Below, piece after piece: positions 1 to 13,087 of a DNA stretch of 64,000 nucleotides (positions are counted from its first letter, which is position 1; every line of letters begins with the position of its first letter). The position numbers were made by a program, and so were the translations under genes. The notes under the pieces are model-generated. The model saw nothing but the letters and a program-made list of their open reading frames with translations. It had not been told where the DNA came from and did no database searches. This stretch comes from Phoronis australis (Eukaryota; Animalia; Phoronida): contig NMRA01000598.1 in the NCBI GenBank assembly GCA_002633005.1, positions 192,996 to 256,995 on the forward strand, written 5' to 3'.

Positions 1-1253
1 GGGAATACGACTGGCAAATAGGCAAATATACCGTCACTCGTATTTTTGAGCGGGAATTTTCGCCAGGGTCGAGCGCTGCTGTGCATAACGCAGTATAGTA
101 AGTCGTTTACATGACACGTTTGATTGGGACCTTGGACAATACTGTATATGTATTTGTTGCATCGCTGCCGTGGATGGAGCATGAACTTATTTGACAAAGA
201 CACGCCGGACACTTAACAAACAATATGTTTAGAGTTTGTTGACAAATTAATGTAATATCAGCTCATATATGTAAATACATTCAGCGTCTAAGCGCTCATT
301 GCAACTAATGGAATAACACTTCAGTCATTACAAAATTAAACTGAAAGTAAAAAATGTTAGCAGTAGCGTAAACAAATTTTAATGCTTGCTTACGAAAAAA
401 TAAAAATATTTTCAGAAATAATTATTCTCTTTTGTAAAATAAACTTACCAATGATGTAGTTTTGGTAAAACAACTTCAGAGGAAGGTTCTACAAAATAAT
501 ATCAAATAAAGCAGGTATTAAAAAATGGCCTTGAAGTTTCAGTGTAAATTAGACGGTTAATCAAAATACAACGAGAAACTCGACATTTTAAGACCTGCAA
601 TGGACGAAAACAACAATCAAGATAGATTAAGAAAGAGAGGGATAACTTCAAATTTTACAACATTGGAAAACGACAAATAAGAAACCGTGTAAATACCTGA
701 ATTTCATTTGTTTAAGTTTTTTTTCGAGTTGAAAGTTTAGAGAAGAAGATTTCTAAAAGCTGAGTTAGAGATATTGCAGTTAACACACCGAAAAAATACT
801 GATCCTTAGCTCGGAAAAAGTTCACCTTTTGTGTAGACAGAGGAGAATGGAGCAGCTGCGTCTGTACCCCCTGGTTTTTAATACTTTCGGGAAAATGTTT
901 ATCTGTACTAATAATGATATGATGGCCTTCTTGTGCTAATAACTATATCATGAAGAGGCAAATTTATTGGTTCAGATGGACTAATTATTTCTAATAACCA
1001 TAACGATCTCAATTTATTTGCTAATAATTGTGATCTGTACGGGTGAATTCGTCGATGTGCTGATAACCAAGACGGTCATGCTAATAATTGACAGACTTCT
1101 GGACAAGGAGATGAACACAACAATCGTCTTTTCTGGACCTTTCAAAATCCTTTGACACAGTATACCACGATATCTTTCATTTTACGGTTGAGTGGAACAT
1201 TTATTCTCCAAAATTACCTTAATAAGCAATTGACGACAATGAGTGTTATTTGA

Positions 1254-1436
1254 CAATTCATGCTGCCAAAAATTAAAACTATCATCACAGACGTACGCCA
1301 AGGATACATTACTGGTACACACACGCACAATAACAATAACAACAACAATTTCATCCTGCCAAAAATTAAAACTATCATCACAGGCGTACGCCAAGGATAC
1401 ATTACTGGTACACACACGCACAACAACAGCAACAGC

Positions 1437-1489
<53 letters not shown>

Positions 1490-1490
1490 A
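1254..1490. repeat. Two-copy ~93-bp tandem unit ending in an (AAC)n microsatellite
   Basis: GCCAAAAATTAAAACTATCATCACAG..GTACGCCAAGGATACATTACTGGTACACACACGCAC starts at 1265 and again at 1358. Each copy is followed by AAC repeats, with a long run at ~1419-1489. Confidence 0.9.
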
Positions 1491-3364
1491 ACTGAAATCA
1501 ATAATATCAAGATATCAGACATATTCACATGGTTATGAGTCAGCAAGTTGTTAAATGTTACTGCTGCAGTATACAGTACTTCGGTTCTTTTTCTCACATA
1601 CACACGGGAGCTTATACATTGGCCGTTATTTACTCTGACTAATTAGTCGCCCTACATACCGCCTGCGACGACCATTTTCAAGGCGCTTAGCAAAAAACAG
1701 CTGATGATGTCGCCGCCTCGATTTCAGTTTACTTTGACTTGAAGCCTTTTTCGGAATCGACAATTTGGTACAAAATTACAACAGATTTTGCTGTTTTATA
1801 GCTTCAGCCAAAGTCAATAATTTGAGGAAGCCAAACCTGCCAAAAGTATCCCCGATGCACTTTTTCGGCAGTAAAGTCGGTTGAGACCTTTCAAAGGGAA
1901 GACGAGCGGAGTCATAGCACATAAATGACAGAATAAGAAGTCTTATATTTTACAGTTTCTTACTGCTAAAGGCCCTGTCGCATCAAGGCAGTTCCAAGAA
2001 TTTGGCGCACTGTAGGGACCCGACTACACTATGGAGACAGTTTTGGAATCTGTGTAAAAATAAAACCACATGGACGAGAATTGAATCAACGTCGCCGGGT
2101 TGCCCGTTTCTACCCGTCCCCAGACTTTGTCACCAAGGATTCGGATGTATTGTCAGCGTCAGGGCCCCTGTGAACAGTGAAACGAACATGTTTAAACGAT
2201 TGCATGGATCAATAAAACAGTGCTGGCGGTAGTCCTTTTGAGCATAGCGTTTCAATCATGAGTTTTGAATCTACTGGCCGACCAAGTTTCATCTTTTCAC
2301 ATGCTACAGGCGTCACTTGAAACGTCACACGATTAGTCAAGTGACCTGTTTCCCGCCATATGTGCGTTTGAGCTTGTGGTACAGATTTCCCTATTAATTA
2401 TCTATGCTTAAGTTATATCATGAGCTGTGACGAATTAAGAAATAGATATGCCTACAAAGAAAGCGCTTTCTAATCGGCAAAGCAAGAAGCAAACTGAACT
2501 TACCAACCCTGATTTACGTCAGTGAAAACCTTACTAAACCACGGCCCCTTTCTTCGCTCGCTGTCACTTCCTCGTACAATCCAAAACAATGGCCAAAACA
2601 TGGTCGCACGACGGTAACGCAATGATCCAGCTCCATGATAACAGGATCAAAGAAGCTTCCCCTGAGAGTGACCTCTAGTGTAACAAAACTGCGACATTTG
2701 AATTATATCCAACTCATTTGTCCTATTGTTGTTGATACCCCAGTTGGTTGTGTGGATTTTTTCCCTGCTGTCGACATCCTCCATATTGTTTGCATTCAGC
2801 CATCAAGCCACCCCTCCCTCCCATAAGTCTTGGTATGATCAGCTACTTTTGCAGTCAACTGTTACACATTCATCTTTCTCCCTTATGTAACACAAGTTCA
2901 AGTTCAAGTTATTCTATATGTTTATGGCCCCAACCATGAGGCCTGCGCTCGTCTGATTCACCACAAATGACATCAGGCCACCTGCACTTTTTAGTGGTGT
3001 CCTACTCTGTTCACTTACACATCTATCACAACAAATCAAGTTACGGTCTTGGTCGATAACAGGAATAATGTCTAGTGGGATATTATTTCATCTACGCCAC
3101 TCTCGGTACGTCTTTTGTATTTAAACCAGAAAAACCTCACCTTCTCCAAATCTAATATTTTTTTTTCTTTTTGTGAACCCATCCTATGAGCACAAACTTA
3201 TAATGATGAAATAATTCCTAGACAACAGTCGCACAGACATCTTTGTTTACTGTTAGATGAAAACCATTTCTTCACACGACCTCACATTCGGGAGCTCTTA
3301 CATAAAATTCGGCAGCTACTTAATCCATATTATATATCAGTCTGCCAGCACTGGTGCACCCCAA

Positions 3365-3530
3365 CATTTGGAAAAATTACAGTACTAGGTTGCCTTACTC
3401 ATAACTGGCGTTTACAGGATATCCAATAGTGTTAAGGTTTTGAATAGTCTCAAGTGGCCTAAACTGTATATTCGGCGAAATCTTTACATGACCATATTTA
3501 CTTCCAAAGAACTAAACAATGTCAGCAATG
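3365..3530 (+). pseudogene. CR1/L2-type LINE ORF2 C-terminal fragment
   Basis: Manual translation HLEKLQY*VALLITGVYRISNSVKVLNSLKWPKLYIRRNLY resembles the post-RT motif LEKLQ..AARIITG....S..LL..L.W..L..RR. It contains an internal stop. Confidence 0.6.
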
Positions 3531-5393
3531 CCTCTGTTAAAAATTATTTGGCCTATATACAAGGTCATCTTACTGGTTTGAGATTACTGTGTTAATTTTC
3601 CTTGTATGCTCTGAGTATTCTTGAATGAATATATGTCACCTTAAAATTGTTAACTAAACTATGTTCGGATCCTTTCTGCGAAACAAATGCTGATCGTGGA
3701 TAGCACGGATCACCAACTGACATGTTTTGTATTGGTTACGCAAATAGGCCTGCTGAAATTTTCGTAGTTGATAGTTGATGTACGAGTAAGACGCTGAATG
3801 AATGCCTTCTATCATGATCAGCCCAGGTCTGGTAAACTGATTTCTGAAAAATCAATCTCCTGAGATTTTTCTTGGCAATATGGTTATTCAACATTCAATT
3901 GGAATCACTTATCGACCCACTAGAATTAATTACGAAACCGGTCTTCACCCGAGCGACAAAACCGTCACATAGTTTGACAGCTGTTGTCTTTTTATAGCAT
4001 CCTGAAAAAGGAATTAAACATCCTGCTGTTGATAACGATGTGCAACCACTACGACAGCGACTTCCTCCGCGAGTGATGTCAATCGTTGCAGCCCAAAGTG
4101 AAAGTATTGTTTGACCATTCTTTGTGCCGTTAACCAATCACATAAGGGCACTATCAGCCTCTTTTTTCATAGCCTCGTAATCTCCAAATGATTAGAATCG
4201 CTCGAACGGTGTTCAACAGAACAATGGCTTCAGGTGAAAACGCGTCGCTTAACATGTCAGAGAAAGTGGATGCAAATGCGTCAGTTTCAAGCGTCACCCC
4301 TCCGTATTTCTCAACGCCAGAAATTTGTAACATTCTTGATCCGCTAGGTGACGCTTAGCGCCATGTCCCTAACCAATCATAACAACGCATAGTAAGGTTA
4401 AAGGTCATGAAGCTTGGGCACTATTACCAGAGCCGAAGTCAGTATGCTCTGCAGAGCAATATTTATCAAGTTTACAATAACAGCATTTGGAATGTCTGGG
4501 TCTACAGTATGACAGTGCTAGCTGGGTGATTGGGGTCACAGACACTATCAACATAACCACAACAAATGTGAACTGAACGCCAGCCAGCCAGCCGCGTGTG
4601 CTTGCAATTGGCTTAAACGGGCTGCCAAAGCGCTTTTTATTAATTTTCTGATGTTTGTCAATACATATTTGTGTCCGGAATCCACTCCAATGTAACAGTT
4701 ACTGAATTAAGACGAAGGACAACGTACCGTGGATCACAAAAAACGAAATAACATTTTGAAGATTACTAGTATATCAACTATATAGGCCTACTCACAGGCG
4801 AAACTTGCATAATGACTGTACAAAATCCGACTTCGAAAGTATTTCTGAACTCATACCGGATGAGAAAATGAACAAATCAGTTTCTTACCGATTCTACGCT
4901 AATCTCTCATCTACAGAGTGCAAATTCCATTGCAAAGAGTCGACAGCCAGGCGATCGGCAACATTTCATCTCACTGACAGCACTGTACGCCGATCCATTT
5001 TCTGAACACAAGAGACGTGGAAAAATTTTCGAGAAACAACATGAAATTTGGATCAGCAACCTCTGAGTACTCCTGGTAGTCACCTAGGCTATCGGCAAAT
5101 CCGATGGCAAAATGAATTCAGCCACAAACTTGACTTCAAAATGAGCTATGCGCTCAAATAGTGGCTTCCGGACGATCGTTAACATAGGCCTGAACGGGGT
5201 AACCTTCAAACTTCAAGAGACGTGGAAAAATTTTCACCATTGGCGCTGATATTTGGCGGTAACATGTCTTAACATACACTCTATGTGACAGGCTATCGGC
5301 AAATTGTGTAGTTATCTCCCCTTGCTTATAAATTCCTGATTTTTGCCTGCTCTTGTGTATTTCTTATGGAGGGATGCTGGCAAGATTTAGCGC

Positions 5394-6317
5394 ATGCGCA
5401 GTAGTGCATGTTACAAATTTCTGGCGTTGTTTTATATATTCATAGTTCTTCAGACGATCATTTTCCTTGGAACAATTTTCGGGAACGTTTTAGTCATCAT
5501 TTCCTATTTTAAGTTTGATGCCATTAAGGAGCGCGTCAGCAACATGATTCTGCTCAGTCTGGCCTTCACGGATATGGGAACAGCTCTTCAGATACCGGTT
5601 AACATCTACAAGACATCTATCTCGCAGTTGAGTGGGACATCTCCGATTGGGAATTCTACTTTGGGCTGTTTTCTGGTGCTAATTATGCAGACCTGGCCAC
5701 TCGCAGCAACTCTGTCTACGTTGGCAGTGGTAGCGCTTAACCGTTTTATTGCGATAACGTTTCCTTTGCGATATCACCAGCTTATGACCAAGCGCGTATG
5801 CACAGTGCTGATACTTGTAGCACTCATTTATCCCCTGGTAGTGTTGGTCACGTGCATGTTTATTTCTACTTACCACTTCGGCTTTGTGATGCCTAAAGGA
5901 CAAAGGTGCATTCTTGAGTTACTTATTGGACCCACTCTCACTCAGATTGCTTTAGCGCTCGGTATTTATATTCCTATGATCTTAACATATCCAACTCACA
6001 TTTATACAGTTGTTGCAGCTTGGAGACATAAACGCAAGATTGCCAGCGACAGTAATCAAATGACCGAAGACACTCGGAGACAATATGTAACACTTCGCAC
6101 AATGACAAGAATTCTGTTCGTATATACCCTCTGCTACTTTCCGTTCTCAGTAGTAAGAATAGCGATTCGACGCAATCCGACTTCTTCGTGGCCACTTCGT
6201 GTTGCCAACGAATTTTTATTTACTCTGTCATTTTTAAACAGTGCTGTCAATCCGCTTATTTACGCGCTTAGCGATGACACTTTTCGGAAAGCTTTCCGGA
6301 AACTCCTCTGCATTTGA
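5394..6317 (+). CDS. Class A (rhodopsin-like) 7TM GPCR, divergent orphan
   Basis: 307-aa ORF with seven hydrophobic segments: TM1 GN, TM2 SLAFTD, TM3 C..LNRF (DRY variant), ECL2 Cys, TM6 CYFP (CWxP variant), TM7 NSAVNPLIY and helix-8 FRKAF. The N-terminus is very short, so an upstream exon is possible. Confidence 0.9.
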   Translation: MRSSACYKFLALFYIFIVLQTIIFLGTIFGNVLVIISYFKFDAIKERVSNMILLSLAFTDMGTALQIPVNIYKTSISQLSGTSPIGNSTLGCFLVLIMQTWPLAATLSTLAVVALNRFIAITFPLRYHQLMTKRVCTVLILVALIYPLVVLVTCMFISTYHFGFVMPKGQRCILELLIGPTLTQIALALGIYIPMILTYPTHIYTVVAAWRHKRKIASDSNQMTEDTRRQYVTLRTMTRILFVYTLCYFPFSVVRIAIRRNPTSSWPLRVANEFLFTLSFLNSAVNPLIYALSDDTFRKAFRKLLCI

Positions 6318-6589
6318 ACAAACAATTACTTTAAGAGAAACCATTTAGTTTTCAGAAGTGGCGAAACTTTCTCGAGGAATTTGGATTATTGCAATGGTGC
6401 TGTTTAAACAATAAAAAGAACTCGGAGCGGCAAAATATGAACTAACTTTGAAAACAGAATATATTTCACTTCACGAGGACACCACACACTGGTGAATCTG
6501 GAATACGCGAGGAAGATCCAACCTGTGATTCCAAGGGACAAACTATTCGTAAATTAGAATGCCTCGTCGGCCAGTTCGAATGTTGGCCA

Positions 6590-7340
6590 AAACTGACTTG
6601 AATTTTCTGTTCACTTGCGCTCAGAATGAATGCATTCATTCTAACACTGATGGTTCAAGTTATGTTGGCTATTTATCTAGTACTTTGTCTCACAGGTTGT
6701 CTATGCATCTGAAAAATGGTTCCATTAAGGACCAGTTTCACACGCACCACAAAAAGAAAACGACCCGTTTCGACATCGTCGACAATACCATCGTTAGATA
6801 TTTCGAACAGGATACCATTCGTCTGAAAATTCTCGAAGCATTAATAATAAAAACTAAATCTCCTGACATAAATTCTCAAGATACTGGGTTCCATCGTACC
6901 GTGTGGTTCTATAAATAATACTCATATTTTGTAGTAACTATGTATTTAATTTAGCTCTGCAACATTTTATAATAACATAGTTCCCATGATAATTCCATCT
7001 CAAAATTGCACTCTTTTATACGCTACCGTATATTCGTATTTAAAGTCATTGTTCTTGTTTTATGTATCATACACGATATCGTTTATACTTTCATATTCAT
7101 TTGCCTGGATGACTGTAGACTAGTGAAAGTACAGCAACTGTTTTGCTGTGAAATGTGTTTTGTGTTATATTTACTCATGTGTTTGTGTTTGTGTTTGTGA
7201 TGCCACTCACACTTGGCTCTCTACTCTTTCAATTAACACCCGTCCAAAACATTTTTGTGGACGATGCAAACTATCAAAGGCTAAGAACAGTCTATTATTC
7301 AATGAAACATTCATGAAAGAAGGTCTGCTACCAGAATACA
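6590..7340 (+). mobile_element. 5'-truncated Penelope-like retroelement (GIY-YIG end plus pseudo-LTR)
   Basis: ORF 6559-6918 has F.C...C...YVG..S.TL..RL..H...GSIK..LEAL.I...P.IN.Q, a PLE GIY-YIG pattern. Downstream, ~7230-7340 encodes KLSKAKNSLLFNETFMKEGLLPEY, resembling a PLE ORF N-terminus as expected for a pLTR. It ends in a CA/CG microsatellite. Confidence 0.75.
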
Positions 7341-7839
7341 CACGCGCACGCGCACACGTGCACACGCACCTATGTTATCGTTGTCTCATTGTTTCTGTAA
7401 TAATTCATTTGAGCAATATTTACCTGTTGTCCAGATACAATGTTGATTAGATTTCTGAACAGTAATGTTGTTTGTTATCTGCAGTATTTTCCTATAGCTG
7501 TGAAATAAAATTTGAAAGAGAAAAGTTTGTTTTGTAAAAGAATCCAGTCAAATACTTCGGGTTACCGACAGCGCACTTCTTCTAGCTGTCTCACTTTTCG
7601 AATTTTACGCCATTCCGCCAAACTATCAAGTATACCATTTTTGGGTGTTACGGCTTCAGTTGAACAAAAACCTATGTCGGGACGTTTTTGTGTGTTTCGG
7701 AGACGATTTCACCCAGATGTCCCACTTTTCAATCCAGTTGTCCGGTTGTTTTTAACACTCAAATGTTAACAACTATTCAGCAGGTGTTTAAAATAACATT
7801 GTCTCTGTGTTCTGACTATTTTTATTTTCCCCTGTCCAC

Positions 7840-8262
7840 CAAGGCGTAATCAACAATTGGTTGGACTTCAAAACGAGTCGGCTTGTTTGCAAAACCAAAT
7901 GGCCTGTGATCAAACGTGTTGTCCGGACTTCAAAACACGATAGTTGGCTGTGCTCAAAACACAATGGCCGGTGCTATAAACAGTTGGCTGGTGATCAAAC
8001 AGACGTCCTTAGAGATATCGAGTGTTTATTTTTCGTACCCTTTTGTCTGTTTTGTTTGAAATCGGTCATTTGTTCGGCTTATATGCTGTAGCACCGGCCA
8101 GACCGTTTTATGCCCCACCAACCACTTTTTGGGGTGCGGCCATCTGGTTTTGAGGTACCGGCCAACCTGTTTTGAGGTCCTTTGGGTTTTGCATTCGAAT
8201 CAGCTGGTTTTGAAGTCCAGACAAGAGGTTTTGAAGTCTGACCAATTTTTGATTCCCCTCTT
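7840..8262. mobile_element. Foldback-like non-autonomous DNA element with long modular inverted repeats
   Basis: AATCAACAATTGGTTGGACTTCAAAAC on the left mirrors GTTTTGAAGTCTGACCAATTTTTGATT on the right. Both arms are built of ~22-bp CAAAAC/GTTTTG subunits. Confidence 0.6.
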
Positions 8263-8989
8263 GATAACAATCGTAAAAATGTCTTTTTACTGCGGTAACA
8301 CGCACTACGTGTATTAATGTCATTAATTTCAACTTTCTCAAGAAATGGATTTCATTTCTAAATTTGTGTGTAAAGTCCTACACTGCAACCAACGTAATAA
8401 CATATCCACAGTATATAGATGTTTGCCCATTTTTATCCAACAGACAACTTATCTGCAGATTTCAGATAGGTTGTATGAGTAATTACTTAATATTTATAGT
8501 AATTAACTTATTAAAATAAGTTGACTAAATAAGTTGACTAAATAGTTAATTAATCAGCCAATTAGTACATGGAGGGTTTCACCATTGTATTAATTCTGTT
8601 ATTTTTCTCACTTTGGTAACGCTCTCACTTTTTAGAATTATAATGTTTTAAAACCTGTCATGTATGCGGTTGAAAAACGGCGGAGTTGTAAATAGTTTTA
8701 GTGGCAGTCAAGAAGATGACGCTTTTCCCTTTGGTCTAGCGTTAAAATATTTATTATACTCTAGGTACATAATTTTAGTATCGTATTAGAGTTCAGTGAT
8801 GCTTGACTATGTGGAGATAGTTTAAAGAAACTAAACTTTTGACATTAATGTAATACTTCTTGATGGTGTCAAGAGTGGACTGTCACTGTTTGTAGTTTTA
8901 TTATCTTGTTCTATTGTTGTGTTTGTTTTATGGATTGGCATGACCCCTAATGTCAGTACAGAGATGATGTAATTTGTTTACTACAGAAT

Positions 8990-9145
8990 AGTGTGGAATA
9001 TTCTAGGAGAATCTAGTGATTAATGCAACTTGGATCATTCTAGAGCATAGTATATGTTTGTAAAATGATTGGGTAGATTTCGGAAAGTTCTAGAATGTGC
9101 TTGAACTGGTGAAATGTTCTAGAATATTGCATTGGTCTATAAATA
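8990..9145 (+). promoter_or_regulatory. Heat-shock-element cluster with TATA box, probably an LTR fragment
   Basis: Perfect 3-unit HSE GAAagTTCtaGAA at 9083-9095, near-HSEs at ~8996-9008 and ~9117-9129, and TATAAATA at 9138-9145. Confidence 0.5.
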
Positions 9146-12100
9146 CACAAGCATGGGTTTGTGAGACTTGTTTATTGAAAGTTGAAAAATAGTTAGTTAC
9201 GAGGGAGTTATTGTTGATGCTGTACTCTCGTTTCTGCAGAGACCGCGGAATTCAAAAACGATTAGAACGAACGTATGTAAAATGAGAAATTAATTTTTGA
9301 TGTCCATCATAGGAATGGTCTACTTTGCGAGCACATTGGTTGTTTGAGATATATGTTGAATGTGTAGTTCAGAGATCACAGGAGGGCCATTTCTGAGCCC
9401 ATATTGGCGCCCACAAGCGTCGCCTTTTTCTCCCCAGCCAGTCTAGTTGTTTCAACGGCTTAATTTTAGTCGTTCTCCTCATCCTGCAGCTACAAAGTAC
9501 ATGTTTAAAGGCCTATGGTCCGAGTTATAGAAGAAAAAACCTCTTAACGCCGTTTAAGCCGGTGTTTTGATGTGACATGGAGTTCAAAAATTTATTAACT
9601 TTCAACACGTGTAAAATTTTTGAAAAAAATCGTTGTAAATACTACAAACGAAATGAAATGTTTACAAAGAATATGATATCCGGAATGTTTTAATAGATGT
9701 AAACATTACAACAACGCATGCGCAGCCACAGATCTCAGAGGTCAACAGAATTTATACAAATGACGGAGACTAGTTAGTCTATGTAGTGAACGTCCGAAGG
9801 AGAAACGCAATCGTCCTGCTCTACGAGATCCAGAAAGAGACGTGTTAGCCAGTGCAAAAAAAGGCATTACCAACAAACCGTATACCTGTAAGCGACTCGT
9901 TCGACGAGGACACGACTGAATGTTCGAACTCATGAAGGTTTTATATTACAACACGCTGCTTTCGATGGAAAAGTATAAGTCAGTAAGTGTGCTGTTTGTG
10001 AAATGTTCAGTGACTCGTGTGTACGGTTATAGCATTCACTGATGGGTAACTGATCTCAGTCAGCATACATCGGACCCGAATCATTTTGAATAGCCTCAAT
10101 TCGATCAGGTGTTCAGTTTTTGTTGTGCTTACTAATAATAGTACTGATTCAAGCTGACCCGGATTAGTTACACCTTGTTAGTGTTTTAACATATAGTTAA
10201 AACTGCTAAGGCCCTTTCATTCTAACATGTCGATGTTTTTGGGAGTTGCAGTCAATATGGAGAGTTAACGTCGGTCCTGAATCGAAATTAACTGTGCCAG
10301 TTGACTTCAGCGGAGCGTCGACGCTGCGGTGCAGTATGAATGGTCAACTTCGGTTACATCGAAGAAGTTTAACATTGTTATGGGCCACTGTTATCATCAA
10401 CAATTAGTAGTGTCGTCGCTAATAGCTGCTCATATTTTGTTCGAGTTGTCACCAATCGGATTAGACACAGGTTTTTGTGTCAATTAGCACATGCCAATGT
10501 TCCAAAATTATCACATTAAAAATCCTGGTGTACAAGTGTTGCATCTACACTACGTTGCGGCTACTTCGATGACAACATCGTCAGCTGCAGTTAACTTAGA
10601 CATCCAAAGCCGGTATAAACGGTTCAGTTATTTTCGCAGTTCATGTCGACACTCTTCTCAGACCGGAATTAAGTACAAAAGGGCTTTTAGATCGATTTTA
10701 ACTTGCAAAACAATGTTGCATTTGGTGTAAATAATTGTTGTGGGAGGGGGGGTGACGTTTGTAGGATGTCTTAGTGACTACATTTGGCCATGCCAATAGC
10801 TTTGTTAGAAAGCTCATATCCTTGTTGGTCATACTGAGTACAGTGGGGGAGGGGGGAAGTCTTGGTCAAGATGGCTATACTTGAGAATGACTTACTTGTT
10901 TTGCTTTATTTTTTCCAGTTAGGAGAATACTGACCTCCTACACTTGCCTTTTGTCACGAAAACCAACTGTTCATTTAGACCATGTGTCATTAGTACGATA
11001 TTGATCTCGAATTGTTCCTTGATAAAAATAGGTGTGGATTTTGGGCTCGAAAATCTCCAGCAATGTGTTACTACTTGAGAGTTTCTTTAGGTTGACGCGT
11101 CACACCCAGTTCATTGCCTTGACGATCAATGGTTTTGCGATGACAACAAATGTCATTTGATCTATCAAAAGGAACTATCATTGCTTCATTGAACATTTGA
11201 CACTAATTTTAAAGTTACCTTTGCACAGTAGCTTGACGTGGATATAGACTGTTGTCAATACAAAAGGACACGGCTATATTTTTATATTACTCACTTTACC
11301 TACAGCATATAAGTCTGACAATTTTACTTTTCATACATGTAAACCAATAACCCTTGATCACTGCCTACATGTGACTCCAAAACTGTGATAGGCTTACAGT
11401 ACCTGCTTTGTAATTGAAGTGTTCATGTGACTTGGTTCATGTTGAGTCTATCAACCATCGTCATTTGCTTTTGTTGATCCACGTGGTTGTGTGAATTGAC
11501 TACGTAATTAAAATAAATTTGTTCACGACTTCAAACATATTTTGATTAGTTACATGTCATGCAGCAACTCTTGTTTGAATTTACATTTCTGTTGTGTTGA
11601 GAATTACTGCAGTGAAATGCATTTGATGTTATACAGGTTAAACTTCGGCAGTGAAAATTCATTTTTAATTGTTCGTTAATGCTACTATAAACCTGCCTTC
11701 CTTCAAATAAACTTGACTATTTATTGCCTCGGCCCTTACTCAAAGTGCAAGTAATTCCTGGAATTAGTAAGAACCGACAGTCTGTTATAGCTCAAGCTCA
11801 GTTTATCAAGTTTCCTTGAAACAGCTTGTCATATTCTTTAGGTGAATTTGTTAAAAGCGAAGAAACCCATCCTCACCTAGGTAAAGAAATTTACTGATAG
11901 TCGGTCTGATGCAGAAAATGGTGTAAATTAAAAGTTACTTTATTGTTGATGGAATGTTGGTTTGTAGCAACTTTACCAGTTGTGTTTCATTACATTTAAG
12001 TCTTCATCCGATTTTCAGTATGAAACTAAGAAATGGCATTGGGCATAAATTTTGTTTATTAGTACCACAAAGAAATTATATTTATCTGAGTACTAAGTAG

Positions 12101-12449
12101 TAGACAAAACAAATATATGCATTAGACACATAAAATACGGTACCTGAGTAAATTACATAATTTGTTTGACTGCAAGCAAAGTAGATAAATCAGTACGATT
12201 TGTGACATAACCCTTGCATTATGAAAATATGTTGGGGTAGGCACCTTTTGTTGTAGTTGGTACCTTTGTCGAAGGCCAGTACATCATTACAGTAGACTCT
12301 TGCCAGTTCCTCATTTATGACGAAGAAACCGAAAGTCCTGAATGAAAAATAAAAATAAAAATAAAAATAAAATTTTCTTCATAGCCATGTATAAGAGAAA
12401 AAATCCTTCATTAACTAGTGTACTTCAAAAGCTGAATAGCTTGGAGAAT

Positions 12450-12630
12450 GCGAACAATTTGTCCACTCAGCACGCCATATTTTTGGTCACATCACGTCAC
12501 CTAATGAATGTAAGTCCGAAAAGATTTCTTCCCTAGACGGGGACGGAGGCAGAAAACTTTTTGGATTGATATTCATTAGGTCACGTGATGTGACCAAAAA
12601 GATGGCGTGCTGACGGGACAAACCGTTCGC
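12450..12630. repeat. ~180-bp imperfect palindrome (MITE-like hairpin)
   Basis: CAGCACGCCATATTTTTGGTCACATCACGTCACCTAATGAAT pairs with ATTCATTAGGTCACGTGATGTGACCAAAAAGATGGCGTGCTG. The outer GCGAAC../..GTTCGC sequences also pair. Confidence 0.8.
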
Positions 12631-13087
12631 GACATTTTTTCCATGCCTTACTGAAAAAGATATATTTATACATACCTTATAGAATGTACTGTTGGCAATC
12701 CATTGTTATGGCTATTTTGGTATTTATACTTAAATTTCAGATAAACAATAAACAAAATTCAAATCAGGAATGTGTTTTATTGTGTTTTGTTTAGTTTGAC
12801 TAAAACTGGACCTTATCATGAACCTGCCAATAATCCATAGATAGTCTTTATGAATATTCATGTCACAGGCATACTGTCAGGGCCGTAATAATGTTTCCAC
12901 TTCATATTTGCCAAGTAAAGCTTTAGTCCAGTTATCATGAATACCTAATAGCCTGGAAATAATTTGTTTACATTTTCTCAATAAGTAACAATTATGAGCA
13001 CATTTTCAGATAATTTATTTATTGGGTATTTGTCCGAAACATTTATGTTGAGTGCAAGATCAAATCTCTAGCCAGAGCTTTTGAAGG

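Noticed and set aside
1182-1603. Poly-Leu, poly-Thr and poly-Asn ORFs
   Set aside because: They are translations of the (AAC)n microsatellite.
3895-4330. Possible THAP or transposase fragment
   Set aside because: Only vague similarity across broken frames, with no complete C2CH signature.
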